From sequence record MK327943.1: 64,000 nt of DNA; one strand, 5' to 3'. The position numbers and the translations under genes are program-made. Origin of the DNA: Escherichia phage vB_EcoM_G53. Of this stretch, positions 36,556-45,694 are shown one piece after another. The notes below the pieces were generated by a model. That model did no database searches, was not told the DNA's origin, and saw only the letters and a program-made list of their open reading frames with translations. Positions within the stretch are counted from its first letter, which is position 1. Each line of letters begins with the position of its first letter.

Positions 36556-36861
36556 TTAGCACAACGCAGAAGACGAAACCCAAGCACCTTCAGTAATAAC
36601 GTAACCATTACCTTCACGCTTAACATCGCCACCATTATTTTCAATTTCATCTTTCATCCACTGGGATACGATTTCACCCTTAGGATAATAAGTACGACCG
36701 CTACCATAATCACCTACAGAAAATGATACGGCATATTGGTCTGCGATCTTTGTTGCTTCTTCTTCGATACGTTCAGCTTGATTCAGAAGTTTATAAATTG
36801 CATCTGAAGCGGATTTGGCATCATTAAACTCTGGTACTTTAATTTCAATAATCTTACTCAT
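36556..36861 (-). CDS. Small protein, member of the C-terminal GWVSSSxxC family
   Basis: 101 aa ending ...EGAWVSSSALC. Confidence 0.55.
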   Translation of the reverse strand: MSKIIEIKVPEFNDAKSASDAIYKLLNQAERIEEEATKIADQYAVSFSVGDYGSGRTYYPKGEIVSQWMKDEIENNGGDVKREGNGYVITEGAWVSSSALC

Positions 36862-37217
36862 TTTCTACATTCCTTAATAAAGTTTTCGATTGTTTCATTT
36901 TCACGTTTAGCTAGAAGTTCATTATAACTAATCATTTGAGAAGCGTAAATCTTTTTATTTTTCTTGTTATGGTTTATAAAATCGTAGTAAAAATAGACTA
37001 CAGTACAAAATGATGCGATGGATGCAAAGGCTTGGGTATACCGTAAGTCCTGCCATTGGTCTGTGAATCCACCAGTGTTCCCTATAAATCCTAACACAAC
37101 GCCGTCAATAAGAAATCCAACTAATCCAAAGGCAAATCCCATGCCAATACTCATAATAAAAATTAGAATGTTCTCACCAAGAGAAGGCCATACGGTTAAG
37201 AGTTGAGGCTTTTGCAT
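36858..37217 (-). CDS. Hypothetical membrane protein ending in the FIKECR junction motif
   Basis: 119 aa; three hydrophobic segments; C-terminus ...ETIENFIKECRK. Confidence 0.55.
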   Translation of the reverse strand: MQKPQLLTVWPSLGENILIFIMSIGMGFAFGLVGFLIDGVVLGFIGNTGGFTDQWQDLRYTQAFASIASFCTVVYFYYDFINHNKKNKKIYASQMISYNELLAKRENETIENFIKECRK

Positions 37218-37591
37218 CTTATTTCCTTAACGAATTCCATAGCTTCTTCATATTCATACTTTTTAACAGCTTCATCATACTGAGCTTGGGCTTTTGCGCA
37301 CTGAACTTTCCATTCTCTTAATCGGGCTCTGTGATGACGGCCTTGGTGCCAATATCCTACCCAATTAATAGGCATTAATAAAAACGGTACAATAAGTGGT
37401 GCGACGAACATTAATGAAAATGCTGCATCAGACGATATAACTTCACTAGAATCTAAAACAGCTCCTATAATCATAAAGATTAAAAATGCTAAAGCTAAAA
37501 TAGGGCCAAATAATACTTCATTTGGGATTAATTTACGCTTGTATTCATACGCCCAGGGCTTACTTGGCATGTATAGGGTTGGCTTTGACAT
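37196..37591 (-). CDS. Hypothetical membrane protein
   Basis: 131 aa from MSKPTLYMPSKPW; two hydrophobic helices; C-terminus ...AMEFVKEIRCKSLNS overlaps the next SD and start. Confidence 0.5.
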   Translation of the reverse strand: MSKPTLYMPSKPWAYEYKRKLIPNEVLFGPILALAFLIFMIIGAVLDSSEVISSDAAFSLMFVAPLIVPFLLMPINWVGYWHQGRHHRARLREWKVQCAKAQAQYDEAVKKYEYEEAMEFVKEIRCKSLNS

Positions 37592-38162
37592 ATTCTCTAC
37601 ATTCCATAATAAATTGCTCAAGGATTAAATTGTTAGTGAAATTAGGACTAACAACCATAGTTTCATAAAGCGCATCAATAGCACTTAAAGCATCAACTCT
37701 TTTAAGCAAAGGCTTGCCTTCATACATAGTTTCAGAATCGATGATTAACGTAAAGTAATATTTTTTATTATCGACTAGAACTTCTGTATCGATATAAAAC
37801 ATATTAGACCTCAGAAGCTTATCTCTAAAGCCATAATAATCTTCAGAGCGTTCGCTGATATATTCCCATTCAGTGTTTAAACAACAAACAGACCACGTAG
37901 GAGCAACGAAATCAGTGAATCTAATATCATGGTCTGCAACTAGTTTAGCAATAGCTCCGATATCATGAATCATAATACCTGGGGCTAATAAAGATTTTCT
38001 GCTATGGCTAGCCGTTTTCTCGGTGGTCTCATAAGAAGACGACCAGTACCATTTACGTCCGGTTGCAACATATCGTAATGAATCAACTAAAGACGTAGGT
38101 GGATTTACCTTATCTCGGAACTCTTCGAACATTGAGTCAATATCATTATTTTGGTTTCGCAT
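37560..38162 (-). CDS. Hypothetical protein (200 aa) with FIMECR near the C-terminus
   Basis: Start MRNQNNDIDSMFEEF with SD AAAGGAG; ends ...LEQFIMECREYVKANPIHAK, overlapping the next gene start by 32 nt. Confidence 0.55.
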   Translation of the reverse strand: MRNQNNDIDSMFEEFRDKVNPPTSLVDSLRYVATGRKWYWSSSYETTEKTASHSRKSLLAPGIMIHDIGAIAKLVADHDIRFTDFVAPTWSVCCLNTEWEYISERSEDYYGFRDKLLRSNMFYIDTEVLVDNKKYYFTLIIDSETMYEGKPLLKRVDALSAIDALYETMVVSPNFTNNLILEQFIMECREYVKANPIHAK

Positions 38163-38180
38163 GTTAACTCCTTTATTATC

Positions 38181-38203
38181 CAAAAGGAGGACCGGAGTCC
38201 TCC
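38181..38203 (-). terminator. Terminator-like hairpin GGAGGAC-CGGA-GTCCTCC (T-runs on both strands)
   Basis: Minus-sense hairpin followed by TTTTGG; plus-sense followed by GTATTATTTTATTT. Confidence 0.55.
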
Positions 38204-38211
38204 GTATTATT

Positions 38212-38805
38212 TTATTTCAAAGAGTTAATATATTCTTGTACATCAGCAGAAGTGGTTTCGACGCCGGCTGGAGTGCCATTGAACGTTTCAACACGAGTCA
38301 GAGTGTCTTCGATATCAACCTTAGTCAGTGCAGCTATTTCAATTACATCATCGGCCGTAGAGATACCAAGGGCATTAGCTGCTCGAGTTTCACGAATGTA
38401 TTCGAGTTTGATTGCCAGATTCTGACGAGCATCGTCAAGTTCAACCACCTTACGAGCAATTTCAATTCGCATAGCGGCATACCCGTCAGCTTTTGTATTA
38501 AGTTGTTCGGCAGTTCGACGATACAGAAGACCAAGCTTAGCATGCATAGTAACATCTTGTCCTTCAGCCAGGAGCTTACGAATTTCACGTTCCTTAGAAG
38601 CGGCTTGCTTGTTCTTTTCATTAACAAGTTCGCGAATACGTTTTTCTTCATTAATAGATTTAACAGAAGCCGTTTTTAGTTCTTTGATTTGGGTAATCAA
38701 CTTATCTGCAGCTGCGTTATACTGTTCTTCGACAGTCAGATTTTTAGCCATAGCAGTACCCAGTTTAGTGCGGATGAATTCAACAAGTTTCTTCAGTGTG
38801 TTCAT
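38212..38805 (-). CDS. Coiled-coil protein (197 aa), possibly PspA/IM30-like
   Basis: From [16 protein letters not shown] with SD AAAGGTAA; almost entirely helical and charged. The PspA-like assignment is a low-confidence guess. Confidence 0.55.
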   Translation of the reverse strand: MNTLKKLVEFIRTKLGTAMAKNLTVEEQYNAAADKLITQIKELKTASVKSINEEKRIRELVNEKNKQAASKEREIRKLLAEGQDVTMHAKLGLLYRRTAEQLNTKADGYAAMRIEIARKVVELDDARQNLAIKLEYIRETRAANALGISTADDVIEIAALTKVDIEDTLTRVETFNGTPAGVETTSADVQEYINSLK

Positions 38806-38840
38806 ATTATTACCTTTCAATTGGTGGTTTATTATCCAAT

Positions 38841-38875
38841 GAGAGCATTATACTCTGCTCTCAAGAGTTTGTAAA
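38841..38875 (-). promoter_or_regulatory. Early-type promoter with inverted repeat bracketing the -10 box
   Basis: Minus-sense TTTACA-17-TATAAT; GAGAGCA/TGCTCTC inverted repeat; near-duplicate of 10333-10367. Confidence 0.55.
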
Positions 38876-39103
38876 TTATTTTTTAATCAAATTGACATAA
38901 AACTTGGCGTCTTCTGGGTGCATGCCTTCGCAGTATTCTTCAACCATGAACTTCTTAACAGCTTCATAAGGACCACTCAGATTAAGCTCAGTTGTCCAGA
39001 ACTTGGAATCTTGGGCTGAATCGATATGAACTTCAGGGTGACGGTTGCGAATAACTTCTTCTGTGTATTCATAATCAACGACATCAATACTAACTTTAGC
39101 CAT
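38876..39103 (-). CDS. Hypothetical acidic protein
   Basis: 75-aa ORF. Confidence 0.5.
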   Translation of the reverse strand: MAKVSIDVVDYEYTEEVIRNRHPEVHIDSAQDSKFWTTELNLSGPYEAVKKFMVEEYCEGMHPEDAKFYVNLIKK

Positions 39104-39164
39104 TTTGTTTTCCTCTCATTTGATTTGATAGGTCTATAGTAACACCGTCCTTGGTGTTTGTACA

Positions 39165-39668
39165 TCATTTATTTTTAATTTTGCAAATTTTTCCAGCTTC
39201 AATGCACGCAGCATAGATGATGCTCTGGGCAATTTTATTGCTAGTGGACCTTGCAATCACACTAAGAACAATTTCTTTTTCTTCACCACCACATCCCCAG
39301 CTATTTTGCCCATGTGTACCTTTAACTACGGCTGAAACTTCAACAGAACGTCCACCATCAGAAGTCTTAACATCCACAACCCAATCACCGTCTTTCTCAT
39401 TAACCTGTGGTTTATCCCAAGAAATACTAATATATGATTCACCGTCAATAGAAGTCGCCGGGTTTTTCTCTACAGTAAGACCTTCGCTTTCTAACCATTC
39501 AATAGTATTTGAGCATAAATCTGTAGAACATCTCATCGGAAAGCGGCATGATTTTTCACCTTTAGATGCAGCATCATACATCTTTTCCAAAATACGCTTT
39601 TGTACATTTTTAAAAACAACGTCACGCGATTCTTCAGATTTTTTATTCAGTTCAGTATAAAGACTCAT
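39165..39668 (-). CDS. Hypothetical protein (167 aa)
   Basis: ORF with several Cys (CRFPMRCSTDLC). Confidence 0.55.
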   Translation of the reverse strand: MSLYTELNKKSEESRDVVFKNVQKRILEKMYDAASKGEKSCRFPMRCSTDLCSNTIEWLESEGLTVEKNPATSIDGESYISISWDKPQVNEKDGDWVVDVKTSDGGRSVEVSAVVKGTHGQNSWGCGGEEKEIVLSVIARSTSNKIAQSIIYAACIEAGKICKIKNK

Positions 39669-39805
39669 AATGTTTTCCTCATTTGTTTTGATAGGTCTAT
39701 AGTATCATACCTCAAGGAGAAGTAAACAACTTTGTGAAAAATTTATCTGCCCTAGATGCCCGAAAGCCCCTTCCTATGGTTGGGGCTTAAGTGATTGTAA
39801 CTTAA

Positions 39806-40432
39806 TTATTTACGGGTTTTTGCATACTGAGCAGCGTCAGCAGCCAAACGACCTGCTTGTCGAAGTTTTTCTTTAATCTCATCATGAAGTGGTTGAGTAT
39901 ACTTCAAACCTTCGATAGTCAAATAAAGACGATAAAGGTCTGGGGTATCAAGGTTGTTGATATGTTGGCCATTACGAAGAATATTGAATTCACGAACGAG
40001 TGAAGACGTATCAGATTCAATATCACGAACAAGCGAAGATAGTTGTTTATATTTTTTTTCCAGGCTAGAAGTATCAAACTTAAGAGCAGGAGCTTTAGGA
40101 GTTGCTTTTACTTCCGGCTTAGGCTCAGGTTTTGCTACTGCTTTAGGGGTCGCAGGTTTAGGAGTGGTAGGAGCAGGTTTCACTTTAGGCGAACCAGATT
40201 TAGCAGAAACACCACCACTAACAATATCTTTGAATGCTTTAGAAGCTCTGTAATATTCTTTTTGGCTGGAAGTGTCGATACCGTACATGGCTTGAACGTT
40301 TTTGAAAAACTCTGTACTAGTTTTTGTACCAGAAATAGCATCGTAAGCAGCTTGCCATTTCTCTTTTGTCATACGTACACCGGCTTCGGTGATTACTTCC
40401 GTTTCGGCTAAAAATTCATTAAAAGTATACAT
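39806..40432 (-). CDS. Internal protein I-like protein (divergent capsid-targeting N-terminus, Pro/Lys-rich linker)
   Basis: 208 aa starting MYTFNEFLAETE; middle PKVKPAPTTPKPATPKAVAKPEPKPEVKATPKAPA; sits immediately downstream of the tRNA region, as ipI does in T4. Confidence 0.6.
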   Translation of the reverse strand: MYTFNEFLAETEVITEAGVRMTKEKWQAAYDAISGTKTSTEFFKNVQAMYGIDTSSQKEYYRASKAFKDIVSGGVSAKSGSPKVKPAPTTPKPATPKAVAKPEPKPEVKATPKAPALKFDTSSLEKKYKQLSSLVRDIESDTSSLVREFNILRNGQHINNLDTPDLYRLYLTIEGLKYTQPLHDEIKEKLRQAGRLAADAAQYAKTRK

Positions 40433-40467
40433 TGATGGTCCTTAGAAAGTAGGTTTATTGTTTACTA

Positions 40468-40475
40468 TATTTATA
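40468..40475 (-). promoter_or_regulatory. Late promoter TATAAATA upstream of the ipI-like gene
   Basis: Minus-sense TGTATAAATATAG about 35 nt upstream of the start; SD TAAGGA. Confidence 0.5.
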
Positions 40476-40505
40476 CAAAAAAGCCCCGACCTTTCGGAAG
40501 GGGCT
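40476..40505 (-). terminator. Rho-independent terminator-like hairpin AGCCCC-12 nt-GGGGCT followed by T6
   Basis: Minus-sense AGCCCCTTCCGAAAGGTCGGGGCTTTTTTG; terminates transcripts reading through the tRNA region. Confidence 0.6.
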
Positions 40506-40807
40506 ATATACCTTGTCGGGGTCCCACCTGCTAAGGCAAGTGTTTGTACGAAACGCCGGGATTCGAACCCGGTTATTAAGCAGTTGACGCTACTCAATAT
40601 TTTTAAAAGGCCATATCTCGACCATATCCGAACGTTCCGTCAAAAACGCTACTCGGCTTACGACAAAGATATTTCCTCGAATCGATAATTCTGTGCGCCG
40701 TTTCTGCTGTGATGTAAGGGGATATTAACAAATCGTAAAGATTTATTAAGACCAGTCCTTACTCAGGGAACATCAGTCCGACGTCTTGCCGGTAGCGACC
40801 CGGCTTC

Positions 40808-41152
40808 TTATTTTGGCATATCGTCAATTTGCTCTCGACGCCGACGCCATAGATTAATCGCTTCATAGGCACATTCTGCGTTTGGTATATGACGGCAATA
40901 ATATAATGATTCGCGTTTCTGGAACCGATGTTGCAACGGGATTTCGTTTAAAAGGTCTTTACGGTCAAAGTATTCAAAACTAGTTAACCCAGAACGGTTT
41001 TTAAGAAACTTCCAATGTCCGAATTCATTTTGAAAATAAACATAATCAGCATGCTGATACAGCGAATTAATTAACCTATCGGAAATAACTGTTTCACGTT
41101 CGTTAAAATAAAACGTTAAGTCATGAACTACCAGATAAATATTGCCTTTCAT
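40808..41152 (-). CDS. Hypothetical protein adjacent to the tRNA genes
   Basis: 114 aa from MKGNIYLVVHDL with SD GAGGAAAAT; the track ORF start would overlap tRNA-Arg. Confidence 0.55.
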   Translation of the reverse strand: MKGNIYLVVHDLTFYFNERETVISDRLINSLYQHADYVYFQNEFGHWKFLKNRSGLTSFEYFDRKDLLNEIPLQHRFQKRESLYYCRHIPNAECAYEAINLWRRRREQIDDMPK

Positions 41153-41170
41153 ATTTTCCTCACTTGAAGT

Positions 41171-41247
<77 letters not shown>

Positions 41248-41253
41248 AATATA

Positions 41254-41327
41254 TGACCCAGACCAGATTCGAACTGGTAACCTTTCCCTTATGAGGGGAC
41301 TGCTGCTAACCATTGAGCTACAGGGCC
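41254..41327 (-). tRNA. tRNA with anticodon CAU (Met or Ile2-type)
   Basis: Manual fold: T arm ACCAG-UUCGAAU-CUGGU, anticodon loop CUCAUAA, acceptor GGCCCUG/CUGGGUC with one U-U mismatch, 3-bp D stem; 6 nt from tRNA-Arg. Confidence 0.6.
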
Positions 41328-41406
41328 TAAATAACTTTCTATTATGAAAGGCACTTTAGAGCACCTTTGGTAATAGAGGGTATGAATTAATAATAACACA
41401 TAATTC

Positions 41407-41922
41407 TTAAAGCAAATCAATCATTTTAACAGTCGGCAAAACGATTTCTTCTTCAATATAAGCAAATTCAACACATTCAACTACGCGCAAGAAATCATAA
41501 TCATAATATTCAGAAGCATGGCCAAGAATATCAATGAGACCTTCTGATACTAAATATCCATTCTCATGGAACAGGTCAAATACACGCGATTCGTCTTCTT
41601 CAGATTTATTACCAAGGTCGACTTCAATATCAAAGACCTTTTTAATGAATTCTGGATAAAGCTGGTCTGAGAACAATCCTTCAACCAAGTATTCATAGAT
41701 TAAAAGCGAACAATCACTGAATAGTGTATTACCACAGTAACGTTCAGCTTTAGTGCTGGAATGACGGCTCTTAAATTTCTTCAAAAGATATTTAAACTGT
41801 TGGAGCTCATGCTCTTCCACACCAAATAATGTTTTGGTTTTATAGTTGTCGCCGTCATTTTCCCAAGTAGTGACATCAATTACGTAACCCTTAGGAATTG
41901 TACTGCCTAAACAAATATTCAT
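41407..41922 (-). CDS. Hypothetical acidic protein (171 aa)
   Basis: ORF, Glu/Asp/Tyr-rich. Confidence 0.55.
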   Translation of the reverse strand: MNICLGSTIPKGYVIDVTTWENDGDNYKTKTLFGVEEHELQQFKYLLKKFKSRHSSTKAERYCGNTLFSDCSLLIYEYLVEGLFSDQLYPEFIKKVFDIEVDLGNKSEEDESRVFDLFHENGYLVSEGLIDILGHASEYYDYDFLRVVECVEFAYIEEEIVLPTVKMIDLL

Positions 41923-41926
41923 TTAC

Positions 41927-42217
41927 TCACCGTACCATATTAATGTAATTATATTCAATGCAACATAATTTCAAAGGATTCTTGAAAATATCATATTCAA
42001 GAGGACCTTTTTCTGTTTCAATAAAGAAATCAAAGTTAACTGTGTTAAATTTATCGTCTTCACAGAGTAATTTAACTTGCGAAGATGAACGGTCGATATA
42101 AACCTTTTCAACCTCAAAGTTAGTCAGAATACCGTAGTCGTCGACTAGTGCTTTAGCTGCACGTTGATCGCTTTCATATCCATTCTCAACGGATTTTACC
42201 TTAGCATAAAGAATCAT
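41927..42217 (-). CDS. Hypothetical protein
   Basis: 96-aa ORF. Confidence 0.5.
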   Translation of the reverse strand: MILYAKVKSVENGYESDQRAAKALVDDYGILTNFEVEKVYIDRSSSQVKLLCEDDKFNTVNFDFFIETEKGPLEYDIFKNPLKLCCIEYNYINMVR

Positions 42218-42576
42218 GAATGTTCCACCATTTCAAAGGTATGAGCATCAACAATATGATACCAGTCAAAATTTTCTTCTGCGTTTTTATAAATTTCGCG
42301 AAGAGCCTCAACAGTTTTTCCTGTAGCAACAAGGTCGTCAATACCACCAAGAGGATAACAGTCATAACCAGCAAACAGAAGGAAATTAATAGTTTCTGTA
42401 GGTTCTGGATGCAGAACTCCGTTATCGTCTACCACTTCAAAGAAAGTGTAAGAAGGAGTACAAGTTTTAATCCAGGCCCATGCTTGAGCTGCTGAATCAA
42501 ACGGATTACGGAATAAACGACAATCTGGGTCTTTAGAAGGATTTGCTTCAAAATCCGCATATATGTGATATTTCAT
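42214..42576 (-). CDS. Hypothetical protein
   Basis: 120 aa from MKYHIYADFEANPS with SD AAGGTGA. Confidence 0.5.
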   Translation of the reverse strand: MKYHIYADFEANPSKDPDCRLFRNPFDSAAQAWAWIKTCTPSYTFFEVVDDNGVLHPEPTETINFLLFAGYDCYPLGGIDDLVATGKTVEALREIYKNAEENFDWYHIVDAHTFEMVEHS

Positions 42577-42577
42577 T

Positions 42578-42763
42578 TTACTCACCTTTTGCAATTTTAT
42601 CCATAACGATAGCGATTAAGCCGATTAGAAATGCTACTACCAATGAGATAGAATTTTCTGTTGTTGACAGTAGTCCACAAATGAATCCTACAAACATCGA
42701 AAAACTAAAAGCCATTGAAGCAATTACTACAGCAACATTACGAATCAGTTCAGCGCGTTTCAT
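42578..42763 (-). CDS. Small membrane protein
   Basis: 61 aa from MKRAELIRNVAVVIASMAFSFSMFVGFICGLL with SD GGAG; two hydrophobic helices. Confidence 0.5.
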   Translation of the reverse strand: MKRAELIRNVAVVIASMAFSFSMFVGFICGLLSTTENSISLVVAFLIGLIAIVMDKIAKGE

Positions 42764-42791
42764 TTTATTTCTCCATTTACTCATTTGATTT

Positions 42792-42830
42792 GATAGGACT
42801 ACTATAACATAGTCCTATCATCATGTAAAC
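42792..42830 (-). promoter_or_regulatory. Early promoter / stem-loop cassette (perfect 9-bp inverted repeat around the -10)
   Basis: gataggactactataacatagtcctatc...gtaaac; minus-sense GTTTACA-17-TATAGT. Confidence 0.6.
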
Positions 42831-42832
42831 TA

Positions 42833-43096
42833 TTAAATTCCAGCTTCGCGTTTAACATAATCGACATAAGCTTGGATAGCTTTCTTGCTGGTAATTTTTA
42901 CCTGGCCACGACCATTGCCTTCTTTAGAGTTTTTCTTAACAACTACATTACCATCTTTAACACCCCATACATGGACATAAGTACCGATGTTTCGGTCGTA
43001 GAACATTGCATGGTCGTTGTTGTAAGAGAATGATTCGTAGTTCTCCGACAGAGTAGAAGATTGAGATTCAGCGATAAATTCTTTATACGTTTTCAT
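42833..43096 (-). CDS. Internal protein (IP) candidate with capsid-targeting N-terminus
   Basis: 87 aa starting MKTYKEFIAESQ. Confidence 0.75.
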   Translation of the reverse strand: MKTYKEFIAESQSSTLSENYESFSYNNDHAMFYDRNIGTYVHVWGVKDGNVVVKKNSKEGNGRGQVKITSKKAIQAYVDYVKREAGI

Positions 43097-43122
43097 TTGT
43101 TTTTCCGTTTGGTTGTTGATTT

Positions 43123-43161
43123 GATAGGACTACTATAACATAGTCCTATCTGCATGTAAAC
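43123..43161 (-). promoter_or_regulatory. Early promoter / stem-loop cassette
   Basis: Identical core to the 42792 copy (gataggactactataacatagtcctatc). Confidence 0.6.
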
Positions 43162-43164
43162 TAC

Positions 43165-43452
43165 TTACAGAAGAGTTTTTGCAATAATTTTAAGCTGAGC
43201 TACAGAAATATGCTTAGCTTTAAACAGTGCGGTCTCTTCAGCCGGAGAGATAACAATAGTAGCGCCATCTTTCTTAGCAGACCATCCATCCCCTAAGTAA
43301 ACAGTACCTTTTACTTCTTCGCCATCAACCAGACTAATCATCGGTTTACCCTCACGTCCTTTATTTGCTTTAATAACTTCGGAAGTAAGGGTTGCTTCGG
43401 TCAGAGTAGAAACGTTAGCAACAGGTGATATAAATTCTTTATAGGTTTTCAT
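43165..43452 (-). CDS. Internal protein (IP) candidate with capsid-targeting N-terminus
   Basis: 95 aa starting MKTYKEFISPVANVSTLTEA. Confidence 0.7.
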   Translation of the reverse strand: MKTYKEFISPVANVSTLTEATLTSEVIKANKGREGKPMISLVDGEEVKGTVYLGDGWSAKKDGATIVISPAEETALFKAKHISVAQLKIIAKTLL

Positions 43453-43529
43453 TTTATTTCCTTGAGGTTGTTTATTTGATAGGATGATAGTAACACACCA
43501 TCATCCTTATGTAAACTGTTTTGTGAAAA

Positions 43530-44215
<686 letters not shown>

Positions 44216-44219
44216 TTTA

Positions 44220-44954
44220 TTACCTTAAGATTGTTTCAATTTTAGAATAAAGCTCTTCTAAAGAGCCGTCGTTTGTAATAACTAAATCGCCTTCTTCAAT
44301 AGGCAACCCAGCTTCTGTAATATGTTTATCGGTGGATTCCGTACCAGAGCGAACCACATGAATAACTGTAGCACCCATCGCTCTAGCGGTTTCCATTTCA
44401 TGGACTTGGCGTGTATCGGTTACAACATAGTAATCGAAATCACTTCCAATATAATCCATATAGTTTAATGCAAAAAGCTTAACCCAATACATACGGTCAA
44501 ATAAATTAACGACAACATCCGTACCGAGGGCTTGCATAAGACGGCGGATTGACCATGTGTCGTTGATATTATTTATAGCTTCACGCAGGGCTTCATATGG
44601 TTTAATATCTAGATACGAATATCCACCTTCTAACGATGATAATACTTTAACATTATTAATCGGTAAATATTGACTTTGCAAATAAATTAGCGCTTCTTCC
44701 AATAATTCAATAACATCCAACTTATTGAGATTTAATGGTGTTTCACGGTCGTATCCAATGCCTTCAAAGTATTCGTATTTCAACTCTGTGAATACATCAG
44801 GATTTTCAGCATGCCTACGTCCCCAGGCTATTGCTAGAGCGTCTTTAATTGGATATGCTAATTGGTATTTTACGGATTTAAAGTTTGAATTGATGTAATC
44901 AGCAGTGGTGTCTTTACCACTACGTTTGATGCCACTTAAAAAGATTAGCTCCAT
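44220..44954 (-). CDS. 1: Deoxynucleoside monophosphate kinase gp1
   Basis: 244 aa; P-loop LSGIKRSGKDT; matches T4 gp1 in size and N-terminus. Confidence 0.9.
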   Translation of the reverse strand: MELIFLSGIKRSGKDTTADYINSNFKSVKYQLAYPIKDALAIAWGRRHAENPDVFTELKYEYFEGIGYDRETPLNLNKLDVIELLEEALIYLQSQYLPINNVKVLSSLEGGYSYLDIKPYEALREAINNINDTWSIRRLMQALGTDVVVNLFDRMYWVKLFALNYMDYIGSDFDYYVVTDTRQVHEMETARAMGATVIHVVRSGTESTDKHITEAGLPIEEGDLVITNDGSLEELYSKIETILR

Positions 44955-45007
44955 AGGTTTTCCTCATATAATTTATGAGTGATTATAACATACGGAGCTA
45001 GAAGCGA

Positions 45008-45592
45008 TTAACGTAAGGAAGGGTGTCTAGAAATGGATTTAGATTCGACTGCTTGACGTGGTTGTTGAGATACAATGACTTCACCATCCTTTTCTATCGT
45101 CATATACGCATAGTGAATAGTTGCTACGCACGTAACGGCAGGGTCAGAGTCTTCGGTGTAACTAAATTCAATTTCACTCAAATCAGAAATCCATGGTTTA
45201 TAGAAATTCGCCGTCAAAACTACTTCAGTCTTATTGTTGTTTAAAATGTGCAAAGTAACAAACTCAGGACCATCGGAGTGGGCAGTATTATGTCCGGTTA
45301 TATAGTTATTAGTGCTGAGCATCCATTTATACATGTTCATCCAGGACGTCATGTCTTCATCAACTATAAATCGTACAACAAAAGGGTCATATTCAAATGT
45401 GGTGCCTGCACGCATTGCACGTCCTAACCCCATCGTGCCTGTCACAGTTTCAACAACAGGAATTCTCACACCTGGCAATGGAGCCGTTTGGGCATTGAGC
45501 ACAAAACCTGAAGTTCGTGTACTATCCGGGATATCCACAACAAAGTTTGTTATATTTGTTTGGTTAAAAATCTGTCTCGCTGGACGAGTCAT
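45008..45592 (-). CDS. 3: Tail completion / sheath stabiliser gp3
   Basis: 194 aa from the ATG with SD GAGGTG; position between genes 1 and 2 as in T4. Confidence 0.75.
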   Translation of the reverse strand: MTRPARQIFNQTNITNFVVDIPDSTRTSGFVLNAQTAPLPGVRIPVVETVTGTMGLGRAMRAGTTFEYDPFVVRFIVDEDMTSWMNMYKWMLSTNNYITGHNTAHSDGPEFVTLHILNNNKTEVVLTANFYKPWISDLSEIEFSYTEDSDPAVTCVATIHYAYMTIEKDGEVIVSQQPRQAVESKSISRHPSLR

Positions 45593-45694
45593 AAGCACCT
45601 CAAAAACGCTTTAATAAAAATGCAGTATAATGGTTTTAGGTCTCTTCCATTAATCCGGTTCAACAGAATATCAGAAGAACGGAAGAGAATAGAA

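Noticed and set aside
40640-40807. A third canonical tRNA upstream of the T-arm element (anticodon-like hairpin UUCC-CUGAGUA-AGGA)
   Set aside because: The hairpin resembles an anticodon arm (GAG) but I could not find a matching acceptor stem or T-arm; too speculative to call.
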